Shown one piece after another: positions 62,090 through 64,000 of a stretch of 64,000 bases of DNA. Where the stretch lies: assembly GCA_042408215.1 (NCBI GenBank), contig JAYFMW010000005.1, forward strand, positions 160,001 through 224,000, written 5' to 3'. This stretch comes from Microcoleus sp. Lineage in GTDB: Bacteria; Cyanobacteriota; Cyanobacteriia; Cyanobacteriales; Microcoleaceae. The notes beneath the pieces were generated by a model. It saw only the letters and a program-made list of their open reading frames with translations. It made no database searches and was not told the DNA's origin. How positions within the stretch are numbered: the stretch's first letter is position 1; every line of letters starts with the position of its first letter. The position numbers and the translations under genes are program-made.

Positions 62090-63175
62090 CTACAAACCTA
62101 AATTGATGTAATCTAAACCCAATAGCTCCTCTATCTTATAAAGATTAACATCGCGGAGAGCTTCTTTGACACCAGCAACTCTCCGGGCACGCAAGGAAAA
62201 CAAAATCCCGGCATAGGGCAAATGCTTCACAGCTAACGCAAAATCTTTCTGAACTTCGATAGATTCATGCTGTCGGTAAACCTCCTCAATTTCTTGAACC
62301 AAACATTGATATTTGTCCTTAAATTGTTGGTACAATTCAGTCCACTCTGGAAAATAAGCTAAAAATTCTTCTCCTTCATTAGTTAAAACAATCTCGATCA
62401 TCCGGCGAGTAGAAAACCCTTCTCGGAGATGGGAAATCGCGACATATTGAGGAGATTTGACTTTAACTCGGTTGAAATCAGCGTCGCAGATAATATACCC
62501 TTCAGAATCCATCGGGTCTAAGTTTTGAGCCGCTTCGATCGCTTCTTTCCAGCTAGTTAAAGGATAGGATTTTACTAATTTCCATCCATATTTATTAGCC
62601 CAAATACTGGGGTTACTTTCTAGCAGTGTTTGAGTGTTGCGAACGCCGTGCAGCACGATTTGATTGTCGTTTTGCTGGACAACTATTCTATTGTAAGGCG
62701 TCATCAACTCAAAAATAAAACATTGGTCGGTTTCTGTCGGCAATTTATATCCTAACTCTTGCCATACTTTCCAAAAAAGTTCGGCAAAGCTAAATCCAAA
62801 ACCGTTAACTTCGCCCGCTGCGTCGGGAGTGCCGCTAGATTGCACTCTCCATTCTCCATTATAAAAATAGAGTGCAGTCAGAGAACCATCGAGTTTTTCA
62901 TAGACTTTGGCATTGTTCCAATCAATTGTAGCGGCGTGAATTTCTCCGTAGTTGAAAAATTTGTCGTAGGGATAAGAAACTATTTGCCAATCTTGGGATG
63001 AATCTAAAATGATACCTCGGCACTGTTGCACTATTTTTTCTCCCAGCGGGGATTCTATCTGCGAGTATTTCAGACAGACTAGATGAGGGTATTGCCGATC
63101 GCGCGTAACTTTGATCTGATAAGTTTCGGACAAATTTTCTAATCCGTGCTGGCGTAAATACTCTTGCAGTTCCAC
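62090..63175 (-). CDS. T4 Rnl1-like ATP-dependent RNA ligase
   Basis: KFFN, EKLDGS (motif I), FEL, EGYI and RVKVK motifs; GTG start. Confidence 0.88.
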   Translation of the reverse strand: MELQEYLRQHGLENLSETYQIKVTRDRQYPHLVCLKYSQIESPLGEKIVQQCRGIILDSSQDWQIVSYPYDKFFNYGEIHAATIDWNNAKVYEKLDGSLTALYFYNGEWRVQSSGTPDAAGEVNGFGFSFAELFWKVWQELGYKLPTETDQCFIFELMTPYNRIVVQQNDNQIVLHGVRNTQTLLESNPSIWANKYGWKLVKSYPLTSWKEAIEAAQNLDPMDSEGYIICDADFNRVKVKSPQYVAISHLREGFSTRRMIEIVLTNEGEEFLAYFPEWTELYQQFKDKYQCLVQEIEEVYRQHESIEVQKDFALAVKHLPYAGILFSLRARRVAGVKEALRDVNLYKIEELLGLDYINLGL

Positions 63176-63374
63176 GATTGACTCCTAAATTGCTCGCCTT
63201 CTCTATATTATAGATCGCTGCATATTCTAGCAACTTTGTCAAGACAATATAAAATTAGTTGGTTACTGAAATGGTTACTGAAAAGCTATTATTATTTCTG
63301 TATTTTGAATTATGGTTGTATATAGGTGAATACGGTTCGGCTGCTGGACTGTTTGAATATCAAGGAAAAAGACA

Positions 63375-63932
63375 GTGAAGAACAAATTATTACTTTTGGC
63401 GACTTCTGCGTGTGTATTGACTGCTTTAGTACCTGCATCGGTAGTTTTTGGGGCCTCGGAATTGTCGCAGCGACAACCGGAAACACAAAAACTTGCTCAA
63501 GGTGATACTGCTGTTGCGGTAAGTGAAATTTTGCCAAACTTAAAAGGCAAAACGCAAGTGCCAATTTTCATTCCCAGTATTCCTGCTTCAGAGAAACTTT
63601 ACTATCAAATCACGGCAAAAGCAGACAGCTATACTATTTCAATGGAGTATACAGCAGATTGTCGTGGTGCGGGAGCTTGCTCTTTTGGGGAAATTCGAGG
63701 TCAAAAAGGTGGTGAGTTTTCTACAAAAATAGAAGGGGTAACTAAGACATTAAAAAATGTGCAACTTGCCGGCGGTGTGAAAGGAGTTTTTCATAACGGT
63801 TGTGGGGCTTACTGTACGGCAAGTATTGAGTGGAAAAATCAGGGATTTTTCTATACCATAGCAATTAAAAATGGAGGGGAAGCTGATTTAATTAAGATGG
63901 CTAATTCGGCGATTCAAGCTGGTAAGCGTTAA
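63375..63932 (+). CDS. Hypothetical secreted protein
   Basis: Signal peptide; CRGAGAC and CGAYC cysteine pairs. Confidence 0.75.
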   Translation: MKNKLLLLATSACVLTALVPASVVFGASELSQRQPETQKLAQGDTAVAVSEILPNLKGKTQVPIFIPSIPASEKLYYQITAKADSYTISMEYTADCRGAGACSFGEIRGQKGGEFSTKIEGVTKTLKNVQLAGGVKGVFHNGCGAYCTASIEWKNQGFFYTIAIKNGGEADLIKMANSAIQAGKR

Positions 63933-64000
63933 ATGTTCCAAATCCCCGACTTCTGATAGAAGTCGGGGATTTGAACTCAAATGGATGGTTATAGAATAGT

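Noticed and set aside
1..64000. HIP1 (GCGATCGC) abundance as a novel signal; rRNA or tRNA genes
   Set aside because: HIP1 enrichment is a well-known cyanobacterial trait, and I recognised no rRNA or tRNA sequence by eye.

Overview
Chromosomal window from a filamentous Oscillatoriales-type cyanobacterium (Microcoleus/Tychonema-like is an inference from very dense HIP1 GCGATCGC sites, heptamer STRRs and the REP/MITE families). Ordinary genes: family-4 UDG, xseAB, gmk, remA, oligopeptidase A, two PAS histidine kinases, the cmpABCD bicarbonate transporter, a P-type ATPase, two tandem MCPs, a C39 peptidase, and a DedA plus MerA-like flavoprotein pair. The best candidate for a new system is at 5.1-14.4 kb: a membrane vWA protein, a membrane coiled-coil protein, a divergent sigma-70-like factor, a DUF1822 protein and a large TPR-CHAT protease. 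All four transcription units carry the same bipartite motif, TGCATAA-N15/16-CGAYA, about 30 nt before the start codon, which suggests a protease-gated sigma regulon. Other notable items: a T4-like Rnl1+Pnkp RNA-repair operon with an Imm10-like gene; a TA/defence hotspot (23.9-32 kb) containing a sensor-less wHTH-STAND protein next to a 10-bp-phased repeat; two TnpB-only IS605-group elements (TTAC target, TCAA end), one of which leaves its host protein unchanged; a 5x251-bp nested MITE/REP array; and a HIP1-to-HIP1 chimeric duplication. Many single-base frameshifts, including one in xseA, suggest sequencing or assembly indels, so pseudogene calls are provisional. All family names come from motif recognition by eye; no database searches were run.
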